DNA of 64,000 bases from Alphaproteobacteria bacterium (GTDB taxonomy: Bacteria; Pseudomonadota; Alphaproteobacteria; SHVP01): positions 9,372 to 73,371 of the forward strand of contig CANJEJ010000003.1 in assembly GCA_947473325.1 (NCBI GenBank). The letters are read 5' to 3'. A program made the translations under genes and the position numbers. Under the pieces are notes generated by a model, which saw nothing but the letters and a program-made list of their open reading frames with translations, searched no databases and was not told the origin of the DNA. Below are positions 30,376 through 40,335 of this stretch, in pieces (positions within the stretch are counted from its first letter, which is position 1; each line of letters starts with the position of its first letter).

Positions 30376-31002
30376 ATGCCGCCAGCCCTTCCTCCCATCC
30401 TGACGACCGCGATCTTCGACCTGGGCAAGGTCGTGATCGACTGGGACCAGCGGCACCTTTATCGCGACCTCATTCCCGAGCCGGAGGCGATGGAGCATTT
30501 CCTCGCCCATGTGCTGACCGATGCATCCCGGGAAAAGGTCGATGCCGGCGAGCCCGCCGCCGCCAGCGTGGCGCGGCTGGCGGCACTGCATCCGGCGCAG
30601 GCTGACCTGATCCGCGCCTATTACGAGCAGTTCGACCGCACGATGCGCGGGCCGGTCGCCGGCATGGTGCCGCTGCTCGAGACACTGAGGGCGCGCGGTG
30701 TGCGGCTGTTCGCGCTGTCGAACTGGGGCGTCGAAACCTTTCCGCTGGCCCGGCGGCGCTTCGGTTTCCTCGACCTGTTCGAGGACATCGTGATTTCGGG
30801 CGCCGTGCGGCTGGCAAAGCCCGATCCGCGTATCTACCGCCTCGCGCTCGATCGCTTTGCCGTGCGCGCGGACGAGGCCGTGTTCATCGACGACATGCCG
30901 GTCAATGTCGCCGCGGCGGAGAGCGTCGGCCTGACCGCCATCCGCTTCACCGGCGCAATGGACCTGGCCGCGCGACTGCGCGCGCTTGGCCTGCTGCCCT
31001 GA
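30376..31002 (+). CDS. HAD-superfamily hydrolase
   Basis: Motif I FDLGKVV near the N-terminus and C-terminal FIDD motif. Confidence 0.75.
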   Translation: MPPALPPILTTAIFDLGKVVIDWDQRHLYRDLIPEPEAMEHFLAHVLTDASREKVDAGEPAAASVARLAALHPAQADLIRAYYEQFDRTMRGPVAGMVPLLETLRARGVRLFALSNWGVETFPLARRRFGFLDLFEDIVISGAVRLAKPDPRIYRLALDRFAVRADEAVFIDDMPVNVAAAESVGLTAIRFTGAMDLAARLRALGLLP

Positions 31003-31005
31003 GGG

Positions 31006-31509
31006 TCAGGGCTTCGACCGCGAGTAGAGGCCCTTTTCCTCCAGCATCGTGAACAGGCGCTCGTCGACATTCTGCTCATGCGCGCGCTTGAGCTGGATCA
31101 GCGAGGCGAGCGGCGATTCGATGTGATGGAAGAATTTCCAGCCATCCGGCTTCTTGCGCAGCAGCGTGGTGGCGCGCACCTCGCCGCCGATCGGCTTCTG
31201 GTACATGCGGTTGCCGATGACGAAGAAGTTCCACGACAGCTGGTAAAAGGCGTGCGCGACACCGGGCGCGATCTCGCGCACATGCAGATCGCCGAAGGCG
31301 ATGAAATGCTCGGACCGCCGGGGTTCCGACACCTTCCAGTAGTCGAGCAGGGCCGGCCAGCCGATCAGCGGGTCGCGCTCTTCCGCGACATAGATCGGCT
31401 CCTTCTCGTCGGCATCCCACAGGCGCCGAAGATCGTCCATCTTCCAGTCGTTCCACAGGGTGAAATAACGCGTGAGAACCGCATTGATATCGTCGTGAAG
31501 GCCGGCCAT
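31006..31509 (-). CDS. NTF2-like / SnoaL-like domain protein
   Basis: ~165 aa, Trp-rich, alpha+beta cone-like composition. Confidence 0.5.
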   Translation of the reverse strand: MAGLHDDINAVLTRYFTLWNDWKMDDLRRLWDADEKEPIYVAEERDPLIGWPALLDYWKVSEPRRSEHFIAFGDLHVREIAPGVAHAFYQLSWNFFVIGNRMYQKPIGGEVRATTLLRKKPDGWKFFHHIESPLASLIQLKRAHEQNVDERLFTMLEEKGLYSRSKP

Positions 31510-31642
31510 CGGTAATCTCCCGCAACTGTGACAGCCGGAGGATCGCACGGCGCGCGCCGTGCGGCGTCAAGATTGTGGACGGGCGCGGCGGCGCATGGAA
31601 CAGTGCGGGCGAGGTGCGGAGGCACCGTCGGGGGAGATATCG

Positions 31643-32248
31643 TTGCGTCGCGTCGTTGGCTTTCTGATCGTGCTCGCCGGACTCGCCTGGCCCGCGCTGG
31701 CATCCGCGCAAGGCGCGTCGCAGCTGATCCAGCAGCTGGGCGGCCAGGCCATCCAGGTGCTGCAGACCACCGGCGGCAGCCTGGAGCAGCGCGAGCGGCA
31801 GTTCCGCGCCATCCTGTCGGCAAGCTTCGACATGCCGGGCATCGCCCGCTTCGTGCTGGGCCGCCACTGGCAGCAGGCGAATGACGAGCAGCGCCAGGAC
31901 TATGTCCAGCTCTTCACCGAATATGTGCTGCAAACCTATTCCGCGCGGCTTGGCGGCTATTCCGGCGAAACCCTCGCCGTCACCGGCGAGCGGCCCGCCG
32001 GCCAGCGCGACACGGTGGTGACGACGCGCATCAACCGTCCGTCCGGCGCGCCGGTGGACGCAAGCTGGCGCGTGCGCCAAGGCGAGGACAGCCGCTTCCG
32101 CATCATCGACGTGGAAGTGGCTGGCGTCAGCATGACGCTGACCCAGCGCGACGAGTTTTCCGCCGTGGTCCAGCGCTATGGCATTGACGGATTGAACGAG
32201 GTCCTGCGCGCCCGCACCACGAAGGCGCCGGCGACCGCGGCACGATGA
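31643..32248 (+). CDS. mlaC: MlaC/Ttg2D-family phospholipid-binding periplasmic protein
   Basis: Signal peptide, conserved MlaC region (FDMPGIARFVLGRHW), first gene of the mla operon. TTG start with a GGGGAG SD; alternative ATG at 31595. Confidence 0.7.
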   Translation: MRRVVGFLIVLAGLAWPALASAQGASQLIQQLGGQAIQVLQTTGGSLEQRERQFRAILSASFDMPGIARFVLGRHWQQANDEQRQDYVQLFTEYVLQTYSARLGGYSGETLAVTGERPAGQRDTVVTTRINRPSGAPVDASWRVRQGEDSRFRIIDVEVAGVSMTLTQRDEFSAVVQRYGIDGLNEVLRARTTKAPATAAR

Positions 32249-33060
32249 GGCTTGGCATGATCCGGATCACACAGGCGGCCCTGGCGGCCGCTTTCTCGCT
32301 TTCCCTGGCCCTATCGGCGGCGGCGGCGGATTTCGACGCCGGCTGGACTGCCTATGAACGTGGCGACTTCGCCACCGCGCTGAAGGAATGGCAGCCGCTG
32401 GCCGAACGCGGCGACCGCCGCGCGCAGTTCAACATGGGTGTCCTTTACGACCAGGGCAAAGGCGTCGACCGCAGCGACAAGATCGCCGCCGAGTGGTGGC
32501 AGAAGGCGGCCCTGAACGGCTCGGTCCTCGCCCAGCACAACCTGGGGCAAAGCTACATCGCCGGCGACGGCGTGCCGCAGGACATGGCGATGGCCGCAAG
32601 CTGGCTGCAACGCGCAGCCGTGGGCGGCCATGCGCCCGCGCAGTACACGCTCGGCAAGCTCCATGCCTATGGCATGGGCGTGGCGCGCAGCGACGCCGAG
32701 GCGCTGCGCTGGTACGTGCTGTCGGCCGACCGCGGCAACGAGCGGGCACAATACAACATGGGCAAGTCCTATCGCGACGGCGCCGGTGCGCCGAAGGATC
32801 TGGCCGAGGCGGTGAAATGGTTCCGCCGCGCCGCCGATGCGGGCTATGCCAAGGCGCAGTCGGCGCTGGGCCAGCGCTATCTGAAGGGCGAAGGCGTGGA
32901 GAAGAACCTGGGCGAAGCGCTGTACTGGACCGCGCTGGCCGAAGCCCAGAACCTTGACCGCGCCGAGGACGATCGCGCCGAGATCACAGCGCAGATGGCG
33001 ACGGCGGATGTCGAAGCCGTGCGCAAGCGGCTGGCCGAACGCGGGGTAACGCTCAAGTGA
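32245..33060 (+). CDS. Sel1-repeat family protein (periplasmic)
   Basis: Signal peptide plus ~6 Sel1 repeats; paralogous to the N-terminus of the 822-aa Sel1 protein. Confidence 0.8.
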   Translation: MRLGMIRITQAALAAAFSLSLALSAAAADFDAGWTAYERGDFATALKEWQPLAERGDRRAQFNMGVLYDQGKGVDRSDKIAAEWWQKAALNGSVLAQHNLGQSYIAGDGVPQDMAMAASWLQRAAVGGHAPAQYTLGKLHAYGMGVARSDAEALRWYVLSADRGNERAQYNMGKSYRDGAGAPKDLAEAVKWFRRAADAGYAKAQSALGQRYLKGEGVEKNLGEALYWTALAEAQNLDRAEDDRAEITAQMATADVEAVRKRLAERGVTLK

Positions 33061-34274
33061 CGATGCGCTTTCGCGTCCTCGCCGCCGCCGCGCTGCTTCT
33101 TGCCGTGCCGCTGCCCGCGCTTGGCCAGGCGGCCGGCGCCCAGGTCCAGGCGCGCATCGCTGCGGCCCTGGCCGAGACACGGAACATCGGCCAGATCGAT
33201 GGCCGGATGGTGCGGGAGCAGGGCCGCTTTGCGGTGGCCACGCAGCTCGCGCCCACCGATGGGTCGCGCCAGGCGGAAACGCAGGTCACCGGCATCGTCA
33301 TCGCGGCCATCGCCGAGAACCCGGCCACTGTAACCGAAGTCGTGCGCGCCGGCGTTGGCGCTGCACCGCAATTTCGCGACGCGATCCAGCGCAGTGCGTC
33401 GGCTGCCTTCCCCGGCTTTGCGCCGACGATCGCCGCCGCAGCCGGCAGCGGGGCGGCAACGGTCGCATCTGCAGCGCCCGCCACCGCGCCCTACTATTCC
33501 TATGCGCCGCCGCCCTATGTCGTCGCGGTGCCGGCGCCCTCAGCGGCCTTGGTCACGACCGTCGCCGCGCCGCCACGCGCTGCCGCCGTCCCGGTTGTGG
33601 CGGCACCTATGCCGGATGGCGGTACGGAGAGCGATCCGCTAGAGGGCGTCAACCGCGCCATCTTCGCCGTCAACGATGTGGCCGACCGCTTCGTCCTCCG
33701 TCCGATCGCCTGGACCTATGGCACCATCGCGCCGGACCCGGTGAAGCGCAGCATGCGCAACTTCTTCCGCAACCTGGGTTCGCCCGTCCGCTTCGCGAAC
33801 GATGTGCTGCAGTTCACCTTCGAGGATGCCGGCGTGACCGTCGCGCGCTTCGGCATCAACACGACCGTCGGCGTGCTGGGACTCTTCGAAGTGGCGGAGG
33901 GCTGGGGCTTTCCCCACCATCCGGCCGATTTCGGCCAGACGCTTCATTCCTACGGCGTCGGTGCCGGCCCCTATATCGTGATTCCGCTGCTGGGGCCATC
34001 GACCGTGCGTGACGGGCTGGGAACCGCGGTGGACGTGTTCTTCGACCCGCTCACCTATGCGCTCGACACCTACCCGCGGCTTGGCGTGACGGCGACGAAT
34101 GCCATTGTGCGGCGTGAACAGCTGATCGAACCGCTCGACGACCTGCGCAAGAATTCGATCGACTATTACGCCGCGCTGCGCAGCGCCTATTACCAGGATC
34201 GCGCGGTGACCTTGCGCAAGGGCCGCGGCGCCAGCCCGGCAGCCGCCGATGCCGCCTTCGCGGATTTCGAGTAG
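33057..34274 (+). CDS. mlaA: MlaA/VacJ-family lipoprotein with a ~175-aa Ala/Pro-rich N-terminal extension
   Basis: C-terminal VacJ domain (GVNRAIFAVND...PYIVIPLLGPSTVRD). Confidence 0.8.
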   Translation: MTMRFRVLAAAALLLAVPLPALGQAAGAQVQARIAAALAETRNIGQIDGRMVREQGRFAVATQLAPTDGSRQAETQVTGIVIAAIAENPATVTEVVRAGVGAAPQFRDAIQRSASAAFPGFAPTIAAAAGSGAATVASAAPATAPYYSYAPPPYVVAVPAPSAALVTTVAAPPRAAAVPVVAAPMPDGGTESDPLEGVNRAIFAVNDVADRFVLRPIAWTYGTIAPDPVKRSMRNFFRNLGSPVRFANDVLQFTFEDAGVTVARFGINTTVGVLGLFEVAEGWGFPHHPADFGQTLHSYGVGAGPYIVIPLLGPSTVRDGLGTAVDVFFDPLTYALDTYPRLGVTATNAIVRREQLIEPLDDLRKNSIDYYAALRSAYYQDRAVTLRKGRGASPAAADAAFADFE

Positions 34275-34277
34275 CCA

Positions 34278-35129
34278 CTAAACCGCCGCCAGGAAGGCAT
34301 CGATCGCCGCGATGCTTTCCGGCTCGTCGAGATAGGGGCAATGGCCCCGGCCGGGTACGATGCAGACCTGCAGGTCGGGCTTGCGGCGTTTCATCTCTTC
34401 GACCGTCGGCTGGTCGAGAATGTCCGACACGATGCCGCGCACCACGAGCGTCGGGATCGTCGCCATATGGGCGAATTTGTCCCAGTTGTCGCGCCGCCCC
34501 TTCATCTCGCGGAAACCGAGCGCATAGCCCGGATCGAAATCCGGCCGCACCTTTCCGTCCGGGTCCTGGCGGAAATATCGCCGCGCATGGCGGAGCCAGC
34601 CGCCCGGCGTCAGGTCGATTCCTCCCACCTGGCGATCCTTCAGCGCCAGCGCCGCCTCTTCGAAACTCGCAAATTCGTTGGGCAGACCAAAATTCCTTTG
34701 CAGCCGCGCCATGCCCTCGACCGTGCCGGCCGGACCCATATCGTTCATGATCGCGCCCGCCAGCACATCGGGGCGATGGGCGGCCAGCCACATGGTGATG
34801 ATGCCGCCGCGTGAGGTGCCGATGATGATGACCCGCGGCAGCTTCTCATGCGCCAGCAGGTCGAGCACATCCTGCATGTCGGTCTCGAAGCTGTAGTTCC
34901 GGTAGTTCGGGTCATAGTCGGACCGGCCATGGCCCCGCCAATCCATCGCGATCACGCGGCGCCCTTCGGCCAGGCGCGACGCGATAGGGTCGAAGCTTCG
35001 GATGCTGCTGGAGGATCCCGCAAGGCACAGGACCGGCGCCTTGCGCGCGTCGACATCCCCATGGTCGCGGTAGTAGAGCCGCAGCCCGTCCCGTGTGCGG
35101 AAATACTTCTCGGCATAGGTCGTCATCAT
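34278..35129 (-). CDS. Alpha/beta hydrolase, paralog 1
   Basis: GTSRGG nucleophile elbow and HG oxyanion motif. Confidence 0.8.
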   Translation of the reverse strand: MMTTYAEKYFRTRDGLRLYYRDHGDVDARKAPVLCLAGSSSSIRSFDPIASRLAEGRRVIAMDWRGHGRSDYDPNYRNYSFETDMQDVLDLLAHEKLPRVIIIGTSRGGIITMWLAAHRPDVLAGAIMNDMGPAGTVEGMARLQRNFGLPNEFASFEEAALALKDRQVGGIDLTPGGWLRHARRYFRQDPDGKVRPDFDPGYALGFREMKGRRDNWDKFAHMATIPTLVVRGIVSDILDQPTVEEMKRRKPDLQVCIVPGRGHCPYLDEPESIAAIDAFLAAV

Positions 35130-35133
35130 CGCG

Positions 35134-35985
35134 TCACACCCGGGCAAGAAAGGCATCGATTGCGTCGATGCTGTCGGGTTCGTCGAGATAGGGGCAATGC
35201 GCACGTCCCGCCACGATGCAGACCTGCAGGTCCGGCTTGCGCCGCTTCATCTCGTCAACCGTTGGCTGGTCAAGAAGATCGGAGTGTGCGCCCCGGATCA
35301 CGAGTGTCGGGATGCGCGCCATCTTCTCGAAACGCGGCCAGTTGTTCTGGGTCGCCTTGATTTCGCGAAAGGCCTGCGCATAGCCCGGGTCGAAATCCGG
35401 CCGGACCACGCCATCGTCATCCTGGCGGTGATACTGCCGCGCATGGCGCAGCCAGCCCGCCGGCGTCACGTCGAGGCCAGGCACCTGTCGATCACACAGG
35501 GCTTGCGCTGCTTCCTCGAAGCTGCGGAATTCGCGCGGGAGGCCGAACTGCGATTGTGCCCGCTTCATGCCCTCGGGTGCGACGACCGGGCCGATGTCGT
35601 TCATCACCACGCCAGCCAGAACGTCGGGCCGCGTTTCGGCAAGCCACATGGCGATGATGCCGCCGCGCGAACTGCCGATGATCACTACTTGGGGGATCTT
35701 CTCCTGCGCCAGCAATTCCAGCACGTCGTCGCGGTCGGTTTCGAACCCGTAGTGCCGGTAGTCCGGGTCATAGTCGGACCGGCCATGGCCACGCCAGTCC
35801 ATCGCCAGGACACGGCGGCCTTCGGCAAGGCGCGGCGCGACATGCTCGAAGGCGCGCAGGCTGGTCGAGGAACCCGGCAGGCAGAGCACCGGTACCTTGC
35901 GCGAACGGACATCGCCGTAGTCGCGGTAGTAGAGGCGCAAGCCATCGCGCGTGCGGAAAAACTTTTCGGCATAGGTGTTGGGCAT
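35134..35985 (-). CDS. Alpha/beta hydrolase, paralog 2
   Basis: ~70% identical to paralog 1 (GSSRGG); tandem duplicate. Confidence 0.8.
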   Translation of the reverse strand: MPNTYAEKFFRTRDGLRLYYRDYGDVRSRKVPVLCLPGSSTSLRAFEHVAPRLAEGRRVLAMDWRGHGRSDYDPDYRHYGFETDRDDVLELLAQEKIPQVVIIGSSRGGIIAMWLAETRPDVLAGVVMNDIGPVVAPEGMKRAQSQFGLPREFRSFEEAAQALCDRQVPGLDVTPAGWLRHARQYHRQDDDGVVRPDFDPGYAQAFREIKATQNNWPRFEKMARIPTLVIRGAHSDLLDQPTVDEMKRRKPDLQVCIVAGRAHCPYLDEPDSIDAIDAFLARV

Positions 35986-35995
35986 GGATGTCCCC

Positions 35996-36856
35996 TCAGC
36001 GGCCGTGGCGGCGCAGAAAGCCTTCAAACGTCGTCGGCGCGCGGCCCAGGACCCAGCGCAACACATTGGAATTGCCGACCAGGCCCTGATGGTCGTAGTG
36101 CGCAAACATCGACGCCCGCGTCTCCACCACATGCGGCGGCATGCCGGCGGCGAGCGACCGGCGCCGGAAATCCACCAGCGATTCCTCCACCGCGCGCACA
36201 GCGCGCCCCAGCACCTGCGACAGCACACGCGCCTTGTCCTCGCCCGACAGCATCTCGGGCCCGGCAAGTTCATAGACGGCGCCGAAATGATCCGGATTGC
36301 CGATCACCTTTGCTGCAACATCGGCCACATCCTGGAGATCCACCAGCGACAGCCTTGCCTGCAACGAGAAGCCGAGCGTGTGGACGCCGCGCTGGGTGAT
36401 GCCTTCCCAGTCCTGCAGCACGTTCTGCATGTAGGACGACGGCTGCAGGATGGTGAAGTTGAGGCCCGATTCGAGCACCGCCTCCTCCACGAACACCTTG
36501 TTCCAGTGATGCGGCAACGCCTGGATCTGCGGGTGCAGGACCGAGTGGTAGATGACGTGCTTCAGCTTAGCCTGCCGGGCGAGCGCGACGAGGCGCTGTC
36601 CGAAGGCCACCTCCTGCGGATTCATGTTCGGCGGAATGTGATAGAGCGCATCGACGCCCTGCATCGCCGCGGCCACGTCGGCATCGTTGCCAAGGTCGCC
36701 CCGGCGCCGTTCCGCCGCGATCTGCGCCCACGGCCCGCCGAGTTCGGCACGCCGCGTCAGGATGCGCACGGTATGCCCGGCATGGATCAGTGCTGGGACA
36801 ATGGTCTGGCCGGTGCGGCCGCCGGCGCCGGTCACAAGTACGATCATGGGGAACAC
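35996..36856 (-). CDS. NmrA-family NAD(P)-binding protein
   Basis: VLVTGAGGRTGQ Rossmann motif. Confidence 0.75.
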   Translation of the reverse strand: MFPMIVLVTGAGGRTGQTIVPALIHAGHTVRILTRRAELGGPWAQIAAERRRGDLGNDADVAAAMQGVDALYHIPPNMNPQEVAFGQRLVALARQAKLKHVIYHSVLHPQIQALPHHWNKVFVEEAVLESGLNFTILQPSSYMQNVLQDWEGITQRGVHTLGFSLQARLSLVDLQDVADVAAKVIGNPDHFGAVYELAGPEMLSGEDKARVLSQVLGRAVRAVEESLVDFRRRSLAAGMPPHVVETRASMFAHYDHQGLVGNSNVLRWVLGRAPTTFEGFLRRHGR

Positions 36857-36933
36857 TGCCTGTCAGGGACCGCTCGAGGCGCGGCCCCCGATCCTTTCGC
36901 GCCGCGGTGCGGCGCGCAAGCAGGAGTTTGTCT

Positions 36934-37341
36934 CTAGCCGAGCACGCGACCGTCGGCGAGCGCGATGACCTCGAGCTCGATCAGCGCATCGATGGAGCCG
37001 AAACGGCTGACCTCGACAAGGGTTCCGGCCGGCATCGGTGCAGTGAACCAGCGCTGCTTCGCCGCAATCCAGTCGTCCCGGTATTGCATGCTGGTGACGA
37101 AGGTGGTGGTCTTGACGACACGCGACAGGTCGGACCCGCCCGCCTGCAGGATGCGCTGGATGTTGCGGAACATCTGGTCGGCCTGGGCGGCAAAACCACC
37201 GGGTGCGATCTTCCCATCATCGCCCATGCCGGTCATGCCGGACAGGTAGAGCACGTCGCCTACGCGGTAACCAGCCGCCAACCCGCGCGTCTGGTACAGC
37301 GTATCGGGGTCCGTGCGGATGCGATGCGCGTCTGTCGGCAT
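36934..37341 (-). CDS. RidA/YjgF-family protein
   Basis: 135 aa with YLSGMTG...IELEVIAL. Confidence 0.75.
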   Translation of the reverse strand: MPTDAHRIRTDPDTLYQTRGLAAGYRVGDVLYLSGMTGMGDDGKIAPGGFAAQADQMFRNIQRILQAGGSDLSRVVKTTTFVTSMQYRDDWIAAKQRWFTAPMPAGTLVEVSRFGSIDALIELEVIALADGRVLG

Positions 37342-38654
37342 CAGTGGATCGTGGCCGCGAAGGGCTGGACCGGCGCGTTGATCAGCGGCCGTTCCGGGAT
37401 TGTGAAGGAGAATACAGTGCGCTGGCCGGGCTGCGATTCAAAGCAGATCTCCCCGCCATGCTGCTCGACGATGCGTTTGCAGATAGACAGGCCAAGGCCG
37501 GAACCGCCACGCCCCTCCACGGTTGCCCGGTCCTGGGTGAATTTCTCGAAGACATGCGGGCGGAACTCGGGCGCGATGCCCGGCCCCTGGTCGCTGACCG
37601 AGAAGCGCACCATGCCATCCACCGGCGCCATGGCGACATCGACGAAGCCGCCGGCCGGCGAAAACTTGGTCGCGTTGGAAAGAAGGTTGCCCAGGACCTG
37701 TAGCAGCGCATCGCGGTCGCCGAAGACATCGGGCACCGCGCGTCCTGGCAGGATGCGAACCAGGACACCAAGTTTGCCCGCGAGCCCCTGATTCTGGTGC
37801 ACCGCATCGCGCAGCAGCGGCGCGCAGGCGACCGGAGCCCGGTCGAAGGTGAGGCCGGTGGAATCGAAGCGTTCCAGCTGCAGCACGTCGTTGAGCAGGC
37901 GCACCACGCGTTCGCTGTTGTCATGAGCGATGGCGATCAGCTGCGGCAGATCGCCCGGCAGACCGCTGGCATGGTCGCGCGCGAGGCCGAGCGCGCCATG
38001 GATCGAGGTGAGTGGCGTACGCAACTCGTGGCTGACCGTGGCGATGAAGTCGTCACGCATGCGATTGAGACGATCCTGCTCGGTGATGTCGATCAACGTG
38101 ATTTGCCGCGCTGCCTCACCATCCCACTCGATGGAACTGGAGAAAAATTGAATCAGGGCCGTGTCGCCCGTGGGCCGCACCAGCCGCGTGCGCAGCGGCC
38201 CGATGCGCTCGGTCAGGGACAGCTGGCTGGGCAACTGCGACAGGAATGCCGGCAGGTCGGCCGGGTGGACCACCGAGATGATCGAATCGATGCGCAGCAA
38301 TTCTTCAACCGAGTGGAAGCCGCCGATACGCGCCGCAGCCGGATTGGCGAAGAGCGGCTTCAGGTTGCGGTGGACCAGAACGCCTTCCATCGATTCGAAA
38401 AGCAGGCGCCGGTAGCGTTCCTTTTCGGTCGCCAGCGCTTTGCCTGTCGCGTCCATCCGGCGCGACAGTCGGACATAGAGAAAGACCTGGGGCGGCATAA
38501 CCAGCAAAGGTACGATCAGGCAAAGGATAAATGCGCTCGTGGAAACCCGGCCCATGACCAGCCATGTCATGGCAGAGCCGACGGGCCAAGAGACTGCAAG
38601 GCCCAGCGCGCTCATGATCAGGGTCGTCACAGCCAGGCTGCGACCCATGACCAT
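37341..38654 (-). CDS. Sensor histidine kinase (membrane)
   Basis: HisKA H-box ATVSHELRTPLTSI and HATPase G-boxes. Start trimmed to the internal MVMGRSLAV because the full ORF overlaps the tRNA. Confidence 0.8.
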   Translation of the reverse strand: MVMGRSLAVTTLIMSALGLAVSWPVGSAMTWLVMGRVSTSAFILCLIVPLLVMPPQVFLYVRLSRRMDATGKALATEKERYRRLLFESMEGVLVHRNLKPLFANPAAARIGGFHSVEELLRIDSIISVVHPADLPAFLSQLPSQLSLTERIGPLRTRLVRPTGDTALIQFFSSSIEWDGEAARQITLIDITEQDRLNRMRDDFIATVSHELRTPLTSIHGALGLARDHASGLPGDLPQLIAIAHDNSERVVRLLNDVLQLERFDSTGLTFDRAPVACAPLLRDAVHQNQGLAGKLGVLVRILPGRAVPDVFGDRDALLQVLGNLLSNATKFSPAGGFVDVAMAPVDGMVRFSVSDQGPGIAPEFRPHVFEKFTQDRATVEGRGGSGLGLSICKRIVEQHGGEICFESQPGQRTVFSFTIPERPLINAPVQPFAATIH

Positions 38655-38794
38655 CCGGCGAAACCGGTCTTGAAACTTGATCGAACCCTGCACGTCTGCG
38701 CCCCCCAAAGCGACAGCGGCTATCCCTGCCGGACTCCTAGCGGATTCCGGCGGCGCGGGCGACTCAAACCAACGCACGAAATTCGGGGGAGGTG

Positions 38795-38869
38795 TGGTGC
38801 CGCAGGAGGGAATTGAACCCCCGACCCACGCATTACGAATGCGTTGCTCTACCCCTGAGCTACTGCGGC
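38795..38869 (-). tRNA. tRNA-Thr (anticodon CGT)
   Basis: Cloverleaf folded by hand: GCCGCAG acceptor stem, U8, D-arm GCTCAGGGGTAGAGC, anticodon loop ttCGTaa, T-arm GGTTCAATTCC, 3' CCA. Confidence 0.8.
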
Positions 38870-38918
38870 GCCGGGCCTTGAAAAAGCGGCGCCACAATAG
38901 GGGCCCGACCCCGGGGCG

Positions 38919-40331
38919 TCAACGTGGCCCGGACCCGGTGTCCGACCTAGGGAAAACGGGAGAAATCAGGGCTCCCGGGCGTTCAGCGCCCGCCACGGCA
39001 TCACCCACCGGCGCGGTCGCGGCAATACCGTCGAGCGCCAGCAGGGCGCCTGCCGGCGTTGTCCAACGCAATGAATCGAAACTTTCGCACTCATCGCAAT
39101 GGGGCTGCCAGGCCGGATGGGCCCGGCCACACACCTGGCAGCCCCAGACCGGACCCTCGGGCGCGCGCGCAATCCGCGCCACCCAGGATTCGGCGGCAAC
39201 GGCGCCGTGCTCCGCTTCTTCCAGCGCCGCCATCGCACGCAGCACACGCGCATCCGGCTGCGAGGCCAGGAGCGGCTGCAACTGCAGGCGGGCAAGACCG
39301 AAGTCACGCGATTCAACCGCCGCCGCGGCCAGGGCGAGGCGCGATTCGGGATCGTCCGGCGCCAGAGCGGCCAGGCGCTCGATTCGCCGGCGCAGGGCGC
39401 CGGCATCCTCGCCGGAGAAGATCAGGCGGTATTCCGCGGCGAGATCGGGGTGCGGCAGGCGGCCCCAGGCGTCCTCGACAACGCGGGCGGCACGGCGGCG
39501 GTTGCCCTGCACGTGCAGGATCTCGGCCGCCAGCAGTGCGGCCGGACCGAAGCCAAGGTCGAGCGCGTGGGCCGACTCGGCCAGTTTGAGCGCAGCATTG
39601 AGGTCACCCAGCGACTTGGCGTCTTCCGCCTGCTCGAAGCGGGCGATAGCGAGGCGGCGACGCGATTCCGCCTCCGGCAACAGCTTGTTCTTCAGCGCAC
39701 GCTCGGTCACGCGCTCAGCCTCGCGCCAGTTGCCGGCCTTGGCCTCCAGCGTGAACAGGGTCGAGAGCAGCCAAGGCGCGTCGGGATTGAGCAGGAAGGC
39801 GCGGCGGGCCAGGTTGAGCGCCTCGTCCGGCTTGCCCTCGCGTTCCGCTTCCGTGAGCAGGCCGCGCAGGCCGAGGAACTCCATTTCGGGACGCTCAAGC
39901 ATGGCAGCGAAATAGCGGTGTGCTGCCGTGTCGTCGCCGCTGAGCTGCGCCGCCTGGGCCGACAGCAGCATGGTGAGCGGGCCGTCGCCGAGCAGCGTTT
40001 CCGCCTTGCGGGCAAAGCGCAGCGCGGCCTGGCGGTCGCCCGCTGCCACCGCAACCATGCCCTGGCTGAGCGCAAGCTGGCCGTCGGCGAGCCGGCGATG
40101 GGCGCGCGCCGCGTTGAACAGCGCGGGCCCGTGCATCAGCCAGTTGACGCTGCGCCAGACGAAAACGATCGCCGCAACCGCGGCAGCCATCAGCGCTACC
40201 GCCAGCACAAGCGGCATTTCGATGCGATAGCCCTGCCAGGTGAGCAGCAGCTCGCCCGGCCGTTCCGCCATCCACACGACGGCCGCCGCCAGCAGCGCGA
40301 TCAGCAGGAACAGGAGAACGGAACGGATCAT
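38919..40331 (-). CDS. hemY: Heme biosynthesis HemY-like protein (HemY_N + TPR)
   Basis: Two N-terminal TM segments then TPR-like repeats; located downstream of hemD/hemC. Confidence 0.75.
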   Translation of the reverse strand: MIRSVLLFLLIALLAAAVVWMAERPGELLLTWQGYRIEMPLVLAVALMAAAVAAIVFVWRSVNWLMHGPALFNAARAHRRLADGQLALSQGMVAVAAGDRQAALRFARKAETLLGDGPLTMLLSAQAAQLSGDDTAAHRYFAAMLERPEMEFLGLRGLLTEAEREGKPDEALNLARRAFLLNPDAPWLLSTLFTLEAKAGNWREAERVTERALKNKLLPEAESRRRLAIARFEQAEDAKSLGDLNAALKLAESAHALDLGFGPAALLAAEILHVQGNRRRAARVVEDAWGRLPHPDLAAEYRLIFSGEDAGALRRRIERLAALAPDDPESRLALAAAAVESRDFGLARLQLQPLLASQPDARVLRAMAALEEAEHGAVAAESWVARIARAPEGPVWGCQVCGRAHPAWQPHCDECESFDSLRWTTPAGALLALDGIAATAPVGDAVAGAERPGALISPVFPRSDTGSGPR

Positions 40332-40335
40332 CGGT

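Noticed and set aside
37341-38897. Full-length 518-aa histidine kinase ORF
   Set aside because: Its 5' end would overlap tRNA-Thr (38795..38869) on the same strand. Trimmed to the internal Met at 38654.
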